This document shows positions 18,091 through 26,714 of a stretch of 64,000 nt of DNA, piece by piece. A program made the position numbers and the translations under genes. The notes under the pieces were generated by a model. That model worked only from the letters and a program-made list of their open reading frames with translations, was not told the origin of the DNA and searched no databases. Source of the DNA: a virus (lineage: Duplodnaviria > Caudoviricetes); IMG/VR virus record IMGVR_UViG_3300028591_000074, positions 64,001 to 128,000 of that record; one strand, written 5' to 3'. Numbering within the stretch: position 1 is the stretch's first letter; every line of letters begins with the position of its first letter.

Positions 18091-19596
18091 TTACTCAACA
18101 GTTATAGCTTCATATCGTTCAGAGTTGATGACTTTCATCATCATCTCTACTGGTGTCATTCCGATACACTTCATCAGCTGCTTGAACGTTGTTGCTGAAC
18201 TACCAGATACGAGCTGAACACCTTTACGATCCTTATCAGCATGGAATACATCATGTCTTGAATTGACATTCCAGAATACTACGTTCGGGATCTTGTATCC
18301 TGCTTTCTTAAACTCGTGTCGCATCTCTTCGTAGAATGACCACTTATCCTTCCGATATCCCCAATCAGATGTTGCTTGATCAATCTCCATATCTGAAATC
18401 ACGATAATGGACTTAACCATATCCTCATCTGCAATATGATTCTTTACAGCAACATCAAGAATTGTCTGGAACGCAGATTCAAGATTTGTGGAACCACAGT
18501 AGCCATTACCAGATTTAACAACAGAACGGATTTTCTGAGCAAGTGTGTCACCCTTAATCTCAACGATATGAGATTCACTTGAGAATGGGATAAACATATT
18601 ATGGAAATCACCATGATTTCTTTCAGCGAAGTAAATTGCAAGTCCAATCGAATTCGCCATAGGAAGTCCATTATTGCATGTCATAGATCCGGAAAGATCA
18701 GATACAACAATTGCATTAGTGTTTTCTTCCACGTAATTCGGAAGCTGTCTCCACTGGGCTTCTACAGTATCATCATTACCTACAGAAATACCAAATCCCA
18801 TATGGCAGATTTTACGAATAAGATCATAAGGATATAGAGTAGATGAGTTGATCTTCTCTTCTCCAGTAAGTGCTTTTGCTGTGAACTCTTCGAATCTAAC
18901 TGTATCATGACGCGTAAAAGCATTTCTGTAGATCATCATGGCTCTGGATGGAACTGCTGAATACTTAATCTTATCCCATTCTCCGGCAGACATGAGACTT
19001 TCAACAACACCAATCTGCTTACGAAGTTTACGAAGAATTCTCTTGAAATTGTAAACAGGATATCCAAGTTTCTGTGCAGTAAGAATACCAAGTTTTCTTG
19101 TATTCTCCGATGATGCATCCGGTGTCTTGATCCATTTAGCGAGAAGAGATACTGCATTATCTTTATGAAGATTCTGTACATCCTCTTCAAACTGATCCTT
19201 CATCACTTTCCACATATCATCTTCAAGTGGTGTTCCAATAAGAGAATACAGATCATCATATCTTCCATATACGCCAATCAGATCAATGTTTGGTCTGATG
19301 GATTCCGGATGATATTTAGCAAGATACTTGATCAAGTCTCTGAAGACTTTACGTTCACCACAGCCTTCTCGGATGTCACGGCTATAGAAAAGTATCTTAG
19401 TTGCAAGCAACGGATCTTCTGCATATGCTTCTTCAAACAATCGCTGAACATCGACTTCATCTCTTGAACGAAGTGCTCCGATTGTTCCGAAAAGATCGAG
19501 ACATGCATCGCCGGAAGTATTCTTTGCTCTTGCACCATTCTCAGTAAAAGTTTTAGTAGCTTCGTTTCTCATTGCATCTGAAAGTTTCATTTGCAT
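18091..19596 (-). CDS. DUF2828-family, Ro60/TROVE-like protein (helical repeats plus vWA with MIDAS)
   Basis: TENGA, RDIREGCGER, SLLAKW, VPSRAM, LYPYDL, DLSGSM (DxSxS), STNL, ISDME and FWNV motifs. Confidence 0.85.
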   Translation of the reverse strand: MQMKLSDAMRNEATKTFTENGARAKNTSGDACLDLFGTIGALRSRDEVDVQRLFEEAYAEDPLLATKILFYSRDIREGCGERKVFRDLIKYLAKYHPESIRPNIDLIGVYGRYDDLYSLIGTPLEDDMWKVMKDQFEEDVQNLHKDNAVSLLAKWIKTPDASSENTRKLGILTAQKLGYPVYNFKRILRKLRKQIGVVESLMSAGEWDKIKYSAVPSRAMMIYRNAFTRHDTVRFEEFTAKALTGEEKINSSTLYPYDLIRKICHMGFGISVGNDDTVEAQWRQLPNYVEENTNAIVVSDLSGSMTCNNGLPMANSIGLAIYFAERNHGDFHNMFIPFSSESHIVEIKGDTLAQKIRSVVKSGNGYCGSTNLESAFQTILDVAVKNHIADEDMVKSIIVISDMEIDQATSDWGYRKDKWSFYEEMRHEFKKAGYKIPNVVFWNVNSRHDVFHADKDRKGVQLVSGSSATTFKQLMKCIGMTPVEMMMKVINSERYEAITVE

Positions 19597-19644
19597 TTAC
19601 CACCTTTCGTAAAATTTTGATTTTCTTTGATACCGAAAGGGTAT

Positions 19645-19705
19645 CAGGACACCAAATATAGAAATGAGTGGAAGTCATTTGTTTTATATTTGCTGTAGGT
19701 GTCCC
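19645..19705 (-). ncRNA. Y-RNA-like hairpin H3
   Basis: GGGACACC-UACAGC-AAAUAUA...UAUAUUU-GGUGUCCUG. Confidence 0.7.
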
Positions 19706-19709
19706 ATAA

Positions 19710-19823
19710 CGACAAGAACAGGAGTCGAACCTATACCACGCCTTGAACAGAGGAAAAAGAATCGCTGTTAACACCACAGGCATGATGTATTGAATTCGTG
19801 TGCTACCGTTACACCATCTTGTC
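19710..19823 (-). ncRNA. tRNA scaffold T3 with the ACAGC module in place of the anticodon
   Basis: GACAAGA/UCUUGUC acceptor, D- and T-arms; insert ACAUCAUG-CCU-GUGGUGU-UAACAGCG. Confidence 0.75.
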
Positions 19824-19830
19824 AAAAGTT

Positions 19831-19899
19831 CAGGACGCATTCTTTGTTGGGTTACAGATTACAATTCTATTCCAAAAGATGTTTTGCTGTATGCGTCCC
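19831..19899 (-). ncRNA. Y-RNA-like hairpin H2
   Basis: GGGACGCA-UACAGCAA...UGCGUCCUG. Confidence 0.7.
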
Positions 19900-19903
19900 T
19901 TAG

Positions 19904-20021
19904 TCGGCAAGGATGGACTTGAACCACCAACCCTCAGATCCCATTCAAAGTAAGTTGCGGTTTATATCCCAAACAGGATACAATAAAAAATTCTGATGCT
20001 CTACCGTTGAGCTACCTGCCG
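19904..20021 (-). ncRNA. tRNA scaffold T2 with an ACCGC module insert
   Basis: CGGCAGG/CUUGCCG acceptor, canonical D- and T-arms; insert UAUCCUG-UUU-GGGAUA-UAAACCGCAA. Confidence 0.75.
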
Positions 20022-20037
20022 AAATATTAAATTGATT

Positions 20038-20118
20038 CATGACACTGCGAAATGGTGGATAATCGTGCAAAATTCATTGCTTGATTGCCTAACATATTGA
20101 TATTGCTGCTAGTGTCAC
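20038..20118 (-). ncRNA. Y-RNA-like hairpin H1
   Basis: GUGACACU-AGCAGCAA...AGUGUCAUG. Confidence 0.65.
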
Positions 20119-20122
20119 GTAG

Positions 20123-20240
20123 TGGACGGGACTGGATTCGAACCAGTGACCTAAGATTTTACAGATCTTCGCAAAAATTGGCTGTAAGAATCACATACAT
20201 GATTCATTTGCATTACGCTCTACCACTGAGCTACCCGCCC
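20123..20240 (-). ncRNA. tRNA scaffold T1 with the ACAGC module insert
   Basis: GGGCGGG/CCCGUCC acceptor, GCUCAGUGGUAGAGC D-arm, GGUUCGAAUCC T-arm; insert GAAUCAUG-UAU-GUGAUUC-UUACAGCCAA. Confidence 0.75.
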
Positions 20241-20399
20241 TTATTTTCATTTCATATATTATAACGATTTACAGTTTCAAAAATATCCGATCTCTAACCA
20301 ACCTACTCAATCAGATCCGTACCTAGTCTGAAAAAAATTGGCATTAAAAAGAACTAGGCTTGCAGAGCATCCAAAACATCTCTGCTAGTTCCAATATAG

Positions 20400-20765
20400 T
20401 TAATGTTCACGTATCATGAATCCCGCGATTCCTTTTTGATACTTATAATCGTCCGTTAATTCACGAATGATCTTAACATTTGTAAGTAAAGGTTCTCCAC
20501 AGGATCCTACTTCCTCAAGTTCTTCACCTGTGACAAGATACACACGTTTATTTCCCCATAAGTAGCTGATATAATCTTGTACCGCGCACTCATTAGGATT
20601 TTCAGGTAGAATAGGATAGTAAACATTGTTAGCAATAGCAGAGTTCCATACAGATAAACCTTTTTCTTGTTTTACAATTTCATCACCACGATGAACACTA
20701 GACACTCCGCTCTCTGGAATTCTGCCGAACCGTATGTAGTATTTAGTTGATGAACAACTTTCCAT
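20400..20765 (-). CDS. Hypothetical protein (start probably MESCSS)
   Basis: SD AAGGA before ATG 20765; YIRFG...EKGLSV...GSCGEPLL. Confidence 0.6.
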   Translation of the reverse strand: MESCSSTKYYIRFGRIPESGVSSVHRGDEIVKQEKGLSVWNSAIANNVYYPILPENPNECAVQDYISYLWGNKRVYLVTGEELEEVGSCGEPLLTNVKIIRELTDDYKYQKGIAGFMIREH

Positions 20766-20798
20766 ATGATTTTCCTTCGTGTACAAGATATGCGAAGA

Positions 20799-20884
20799 GA
20801 GCCAAAGGAGGGCTCGAACCTCCATCTCCTGTCTCATACTAACAGGTATTTTACCACACCAACAAGGCTTTAAACTACTAGGCT
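20799..20884 (-). ncRNA. Aberrant tRNA (expanded D-loop, 9-nt anticodon loop)
   Basis: AGCCTAG/TTTGGCT acceptor, CCTGT-TAGTATGAG-ACAGG, GGAGG-TTCGAGC-CCTCC. Confidence 0.6.
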
Positions 20885-21121
20885 AAATGTGTTTCCTTGA
20901 ACCAACCTACTCAGGAAACGGTAGTAGCCCAAATCCGGTGCTACAAGTTCCATCTAATTTGCCCATGTACAATGCTTTCTTAATCACAGATCGTTGTGAT
21001 AAGGTTGATTGTACGCTCCTGTCGATGTAGGGCCGACACCCGCTATCGCTAACCGGGACAGCTACGGCTCCATATATGTATAGCAGTTCTGCTATCGGTA
21101 CCGTAACATATATGAAGACTG

Positions 21122-21204
21122 TCATCAACTGAAGATTCGAACTTCAGACAGCTACCATTTTGCAGATGGTATTATTGCATCGCAGAAGTCTGCAAACTTG
21201 ATGG
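21122..21204 (-). tRNA. Atypical tRNA-Cys-like (GCA) RNA
   Basis: TACCAT-CT GCA AA-ATGGTA anticodon arm, 6-bp T-stem CTGAAG-TTCGAAT-CTTCAG, non-canonical D-arm. Confidence 0.5.
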
Positions 21205-21393
21205 TCATTCTCCATCTTGCTGCGAATACACTTGCCTCGTGCGTATTGATGATAATACATGCCGCTGCTCCCTCAACCTAGCTTCATACTCTTGGGAGGT
21301 TGAACCCGCTAAGATTCTTCTTGATGTGCCGGAAGGGACTTAGCGTAGGATGGCATACCCTTCTATCATTATTCACATCAACAGAAGCATGAT

Positions 21394-21465
21394 CAGAGGT
21401 ACTAGGACTCGAACCTAGTCATTCGGGATCAAAACCCGATGCGCTACCGAATACGCTATACCCCT
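21394..21465 (-). tRNA. tRNA-Gln (TTG)
   Basis: AGGGGTA/TACCTCT acceptor, TCGGG-TT TTG AT-CCCGA anticodon arm, G73. Confidence 0.9.
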
Positions 21466-21500
21466 GTGTTACTTAACAATCTCATAACTGATGATAAGCG

Positions 21501-21564
21501 ATGCTAAGGTAGGACTCGAACCTACAACAACCCGTCGGCATTCTTCCAATTGAATTACTTAGCA
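21501..21564 (-). ncRNA. Anticodon-less tRNA-like RNA
   Basis: TGCTAAG/CTTAGCA acceptor, ATTC/GAAT D-arm, CC-GACG-GG stub, GTAGG-TTCGAGT-CCTAC T-arm. Confidence 0.65.
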
Positions 21565-21789
21565 CCTGGCAACCTTTCTAAAACACTCAACCAACTTCTC
21601 TACTCCGTGTAGTTATCTCTGTTCCGCTCTTCCTCAGTAACAGCTTCAAGTAAATCGAATTCAAAACTCTATTTGCCTGTTGTAGTTTTGATAGGAACTA
21701 TAGATGATACACTTTTGCGGCCAAGCAAGAATATCAAGTTCCGTCTGCTTTCACCGCTTGGCGAAAGCGATATTTACCTTACATAACCA

Positions 21790-21818
21790 ATTATATACTA
21801 CAAAATCATAATTGTCAA
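21790..21818 (-). promoter_or_regulatory. Consensus sigma70 promoter driving the RNA cluster
   Basis: TTGACA-N17-TATAAT with an A/T-rich UP element. Confidence 0.8.
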
Positions 21819-21855
21819 TAACTTTTTGATAATTTTTTTAATATATTTATCTTAA

Positions 21856-21998
21856 TGGTACGAATTGGATTCGAACCAATTCATTATGACCAATATTTTA
21901 TGGCGGTTTTAGGTAAGCCGCCAAACCGCACATAGCCACCAATGACCTGATTTTCAGCCAATAATGTAAATACTATATCTCAGGTCTGTCCGGTACAG
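21856..21998 (-). ncRNA. Enlarged tRNA-like RNA with T-arm and 3' ACCA
   Basis: AATTGG-TTCGAAT-CCAATT-CGTACCA; upstream stems GACCTGA/TCAGGTC and TGGCGG/CCGCCA; 5' end uncertain. Confidence 0.45.
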
Positions 21999-22059
21999 TA
22001 ATTACACTACCAACTTACTCAGCATTGAGCCTGTGGTCCATTTGCTACATCGGCTCGCA

Positions 22060-22127
22060 TGGCAGGTAGGGAATCGAACCACTACGAAAGTTCCACACAA
22101 TAAGGAGGTTTGTGTTAACTTCTACCA
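22060..22127 (-). ncRNA. Mini tRNA-like RNA displaying an ACCUCCUUA loop
   Basis: UGGUAG/CUGCCA stem, ACACAA-ACCUCCUUA-UUGUGU hairpin, GG-UUCGAUU-CC T-loop. Confidence 0.55.
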
Positions 22128-22169
22128 CCTTTGTTTGAGAAAGGACAATCTATATGAAATAGACAACAG

Positions 22170-22463
22170 TTATGAAACCCTGTCGATTTCATTCACAAGA
22201 ATGGCCATAGCCATCTTCAGGCGCACTTCATATTTATCTCTTAGTGCATCTAATTGTGCATTATACTCACTACGGACTACATCTACCAAATCTAATGCTT
22301 TCTGAACGTCTTTCGGAATTTCAACGTCTGGATTAAATCCATATTCCATACACTTATCACGAACAGATTCATTCGCATTTGCTAATACGGAATCAAACAT
22401 AGACATTAAAAATTCCTTCTTGTATTCAGATTCAATAGATTTATAGTCAGCCATAAGTACCAC
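22170..22463 (-). CDS. Hypothetical protein
   Basis: ORF translationally coupled to the upstream gene. Confidence 0.6.
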   Translation of the reverse strand: MVLMADYKSIESEYKKEFLMSMFDSVLANANESVRDKCMEYGFNPDVEIPKDVQKALDLVDVVRSEYNAQLDALRDKYEVRLKMAMAILVNEIDRVS

Positions 22464-22829
22464 CTATTTGTGTTTCTTTTTCTTTTTGGAATACTTACCA
22501 CTACTAATCCGATCTTTGTACCGAATATCTTTCTCATTCGGTGGATAATCATTTAAAAGTTCTTCAAACGATTTTCCATCACAAGATTCATATCGGTCAA
22601 TTTCAGATTGACGGATAGTAAGTTCCACAGATTTAACTTTTCCTGGAATAGCATATACTTCAATCTGTTCACCAACATTCATAAATTCTTCAATGTTTTG
22701 AACAAATGTATCAGATATATGTGAGATATGTAGCATCTGTGTAGATTCATCCTTAAATTGGATCACTGCACCAAATGGCTTTATCTCAGTAATTGTACCA
22801 ATATATTTCTCACCTATGTTTAAACGCAT
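22464..22829 (-). CDS. S1 RNA-binding domain protein
   Basis: GEKYIGTITEIKPFGAVI...MLHISHIS...VGEQIEV. Confidence 0.85.
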   Translation of the reverse strand: MRLNIGEKYIGTITEIKPFGAVIQFKDESTQMLHISHISDTFVQNIEEFMNVGEQIEVYAIPGKVKSVELTIRQSEIDRYESCDGKSFEELLNDYPPNEKDIRYKDRISSGKYSKKKKKHK

Positions 22830-22851
22830 TTTATTACTACACCCCCAGCAA

Positions 22852-23280
22852 CTACTCTTCTATAAGATCAAATATAGCCAAAAGTGCATCAGATGGAATC
22901 CCTGCGTTCATGATATCCTCTGCCTTGAACTTTGTGAGTTCGATATTTGCATCATCATTCAAAATAGAATTAACATCCTTTTGGAAAGATTCAACAGTAC
23001 CTTGAAACTTCTTTAAAGCTGCATCATAATCCTTGTCAGATTCAAAAGACTTTCTTTCTGGTTCGAAAATACCCATTGAACCATCTTCTCTCTTCTCTGC
23101 ATATTTCTGAAGAATCTCTTCACGCATCTGCTGAAAATTCTGTACTACAGGTTCAAACTGCTTGCGCATATTCAAAAACCGGAATTTAATCTTGACATCC
23201 ATATTAGTGTTATCAATCAGATTCTTCATTGTGTCATCATACTGCAAAATTTCATTAACCTTCATTTTCATTCTCCTCAT
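22852..23280 (-). CDS. Hypothetical phage protein
   Basis: ORF with SD. Confidence 0.6.
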   Translation of the reverse strand: MRRMKMKVNEILQYDDTMKNLIDNTNMDVKIKFRFLNMRKQFEPVVQNFQQMREEILQKYAEKREDGSMGIFEPERKSFESDKDYDAALKKFQGTVESFQKDVNSILNDDANIELTKFKAEDIMNAGIPSDALLAIFDLIEE

Positions 23281-23361
23281 ACATTAAAGTTTAGAACAAG
23301 TTACCATAAATCAATAGTAGCACATAGGTTCGAAAATGTCTATTGTAGGTTTTAGATAATT

Positions 23362-23769
23362 TTACAAATTGGATGGATCAAATGCAACTTCTGACCAATC
23401 AATTCCATATTTCTGAATAATAACCTTAAAATCTTCAAGATCATGTGGTCGAATTACAAACTTATCCTCTTCAATTCCAATATGAAGTAATTCGTGAAAA
23501 ATTAGAATCTTCAACTGTTCATCATTGAAATCAACAATATTTGGTTCAAAAATTGTAATTGTGAAGTCACATGGGATTCCCCATTTATATTTCTCAGGAA
23601 TTTTCTCACACTGACCAAATACAAGTTTCCCACCACTTTGCTTCGTATGTTCAGATGCAAGATATACAATCTGCACATCTGCAAGTTTAAGTTCCTGCAA
23701 TTCAGGCATTTCTTCAATCAGTTGTCTACCTATTTCTGTATATTCTTCCGATATTCGTCTCGAATCCAT
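23362..23769 (-). CDS. Putative phage metallopeptidase
   Basis: LIFHELLHI (HExxH) and PHDLEDF. Confidence 0.8.
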   Translation of the reverse strand: MDSRRISEEYTEIGRQLIEEMPELQELKLADVQIVYLASEHTKQSGGKLVFGQCEKIPEKYKWGIPCDFTITIFEPNIVDFNDEQLKILIFHELLHIGIEEDKFVIRPHDLEDFKVIIQKYGIDWSEVAFDPSNL

Positions 23770-23782
23770 CTTTATAACCTAC

Positions 23783-25303
23783 CTAACAAATAATATTTCC
23801 ATCATGCAAATGTTTCTGAATAATATATAGTGCAGCATCCATACCCTGTGCATAATCTTTTGCTCCGCATTTTCTGAAAAACTCAATCTTATCTGACAAT
23901 TCGGAAATAACACCATCCCATGCAATCAAACTATCTAATGCAATGGATGTAGCACTATCCAATGAATCCACACATTGCAATTGGTCTATTGCTTCTTTTC
24001 TGTCCATAAGAACATCCTCCTACTTATATATATATTATATATAAAGTGGAAGATATGAATGAAGTTAACCAATCCTTCTCTGATTGGATTTATTCTGAAA
24101 CTTACGTTCCCTTTCCTGAAGCAGTTTAAGAATATCTTCATCTAAACCCTTAATCTTAATCAGACGATTTTCAATCTGTTCCAGAATGTAATTTGTAGAT
24201 TTCTGATATGCAATCTGATCATTCAGAAGTTTATTCTGTGTAATCAAAAGATCTACAACTGGACCAAGGTCGATTTCCGGAAGTTCAGCAATAACTTTAA
24301 TCGGTTCAGCCGATTTCGAAGATTCAACAGGATCTACAGATTCTGTTGACGATTCATTCTGTGTATCTGTGGAATCTTCCAACACAGTATCTGACGGAAC
24401 AGGTTTTACAGTTTCTTCCACAGCTTCAGGCTCTTCAACCTTAATCGGTTCAGGAAGAATATAGTCCTTTGCCTTAAGTCTATAGAATTTACATACCCTG
24501 CGAAGTGCATCTTCTGAAATCGTATTCTTCTTAAGGCAATTGAAATAATAAGTATTTCCCTTGCCCATAACGATGGCACCTACATTTGTACCACTGTACC
24601 TATCCCCATCAATTTCGCGGATAATATCATCTAATTTCTTTGCATCATAAAATACATTTGGTTTCCTTGCCATAATAACTCCTTCCTTTTTAGAATATTG
24701 ATTAGTGATTAGTTTTGGCTCTTACTATTTTTATCATCATCTTTAAACATGTAGTCTGCTAGTTTTGTTACTTTATCAGATGTTTCAGTACCACTTTACA
24801 TCATGATTTATAAATTTACTTCTTAATGACTTCTTCTATAGTATCTAAAGTATCGCGAACACCTTTCCAATACAATGTATCTTTACTATTAGATTTAAAA
24901 GATTTTTCGATATCCATTATTTTTGAAAGTAATTTTATATATTTACACGAAATATTATTTGCAGCATCTAACTCAGAAATGAGTTCTTTCCCATCAATAC
25001 CATAAGACATTACAATTCACCTCGCATCTTCTTGACTTCAATAGTGTTATCAAGTCCATTGTATTTAACATATGTGTACTTTGCATAAGCTGCATCTGCA
25101 CCATATCTTGTCTTGGTATTACACATCACGGTACGGATATCATATCCTCGCTTACGTAACCGAAAGATAATCGATGAAAGTCTTGTAGCACCGAACTTGT
25201 TAATCGCTTCCAGACTTGTAATACTACGATGCTTTTTGAGATGCTTCAAAACTTCGTTTGTCTGTGTCTGAATAGAATCATTTGACTTCATGTAACCCTC
25301 CAA
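23783..25303 (-). CDS. Hypothetical proteins (23783-24007, 24065-24673, 24816-25010) and a winged-HTH protein (25010-25303)
   Basis: ORFs; SITSLEAI..FGATRLSSIIFRLRKRG HTH pattern. Confidence 0.6.
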
Positions 25304-25365
25304 TCGAAAACAAATACTTTATCTATGTAACCTTACAGTTATAATAACGATTTACAAATTGAAAA

Positions 25366-25959
25366 CTATTCAATTTGAGAACTATCTTCATCCCATTCCG
25401 GCAACATAAATGCAAGTTCACACATCCATGCATCTACTTCTTCTGCCGTATCTTTAAGTAATTTACGAATAGATTCACACTTTTCATTTACACCGGAAAA
25501 TGTAAGTGGATACTTCAAATTATCAATCATTTTATCAAGTGAATAATGAATTGACTTTATAGGTATGCTTGGAATCGGATCATCCATCAAATCTTGAATA
25601 TTCTGATCAAACATTTCTTCTGCATTTCTCCATGCCTTATAGTCCTTGTCCAGCCCAGTGATTGTATATCGATCATGCAATTTTGTTATCCAAGCACCCT
25701 TTAAAGATAATGCGGGGTGGATGATATACACATCTTCAGTAGAATCTTTCAAGGCTTCCCTGACTACTTTATGACTCGAAGTGAATACTACATATCCCTG
25801 TTTAGAAAGGTGTTCTGCAATATTTGCATAAATGGACGCCCAATTATCGTCACGTTTTCCGTCTACCCAAAAGTTACCAGATTCCAAATCAATATATCTT
25901 CCGGAACCCTTATTACAAAGTGTACTTTTACCAATTCCCTGATAGCCGATAATAATCAT
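25366..25959 (-). CDS. P-loop kinase-like protein
   Basis: N-terminal IIIGYQGIGKST Walker A motif. Confidence 0.7.
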   Translation of the reverse strand: MIIIGYQGIGKSTLCNKGSGRYIDLESGNFWVDGKRDDNWASIYANIAEHLSKQGYVVFTSSHKVVREALKDSTEDVYIIHPALSLKGAWITKLHDRYTITGLDKDYKAWRNAEEMFDQNIQDLMDDPIPSIPIKSIHYSLDKMIDNLKYPLTFSGVNEKCESIRKLLKDTAEEVDAWMCELAFMLPEWDEDSSQIE

Positions 25960-26654
25960 TTGAATACCTCCGTATTATGAATGGTCTCTGTAATAAATTC
26001 ATGTACCCAACTAAGATATTTTAATAAGGAATCTGCATCGTTCTCCGGTAATTCTACAACACCATGATCATGAATGCATCCTGCAATCTTATCAAGATGA
26101 TCCAGACATTCGCTTTGTTTGTCAAATAGTTCACTTATCTTCATTTTCCTTCTCCTTTTCTGCAAGTTTCCTTAAATATTCAATCTGCTCTTCATCATCT
26201 TTTTGTCTTTCCTGTGGGCTTTTATTTGCAAATAAACTTGCAAGTAGTACCCCAAAAGCAACTCCACAAAAAGCTACACCAATGTATCCCAACATAATCT
26301 CACCATCCTAAATAATTTATTTTTTAATATTTAATGTTCCTTATTGCTAATCCATCTCAATGTTTCTATCAGCTCATCCACATCCTCTTCCGGATCATAT
26401 TTAGCAATAGACTTACGAAGATAGGATTCATCTTCTTCAGTCATCTTTTGATGTCTTTCAACAATATCCTGCATAAGCATTTTGTATTTTACAGTATCTA
26501 TAGTTTCAGCCATAACACCAGTTGTGATAGATTCCAAAGATGTGTTAAATTCATCTTCAGTGATTAACTTCTTATGCAAAAGCAATACATATAGCGCATT
26601 AAACTTTGCATCTACTTCAACAATTGCGTTCAACAATCGAAAATCTACATCCAT
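25956..26654 (-). CDS. Small hypothetical proteins (25956-26165, 26331-26654)
   Basis: ORF track. Confidence 0.55.
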
Positions 26655-26714
26655 CGCATTTATTACCTCCTATATAAATTGTTATCATTTATGTATAAAT
26701 ATACTTAAATGTGT

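Noticed and set aside
18091-19596. Canonical Rsr/Ro60 with an rtcB operon
   Set aside because: The motifs fit DUF2828 rather than classical TROVE, and no RtcB ligase lies in this window, so no gene symbol was assigned.
19645-20240. CRISPR array, or group I/II introns in tRNAs
   Set aside because: The units are not identical direct repeats with spacers, and no cas genes are present. The inserts are only about 50 nt, lack intron cores, and their removal does not restore a clear 7-nt anticodon loop.
19553-21128. ORFs 19553-19840 and 20907-21128, and the 5' extension of 20400-20837
   Set aside because: They run through structured RNA units; better explained as non-coding.
21856-22127. tmRNA (one- or two-piece)
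   Set aside because: No Ala-type acceptor (GGGG.../G3:U70) and no tag reading frame could be identified.
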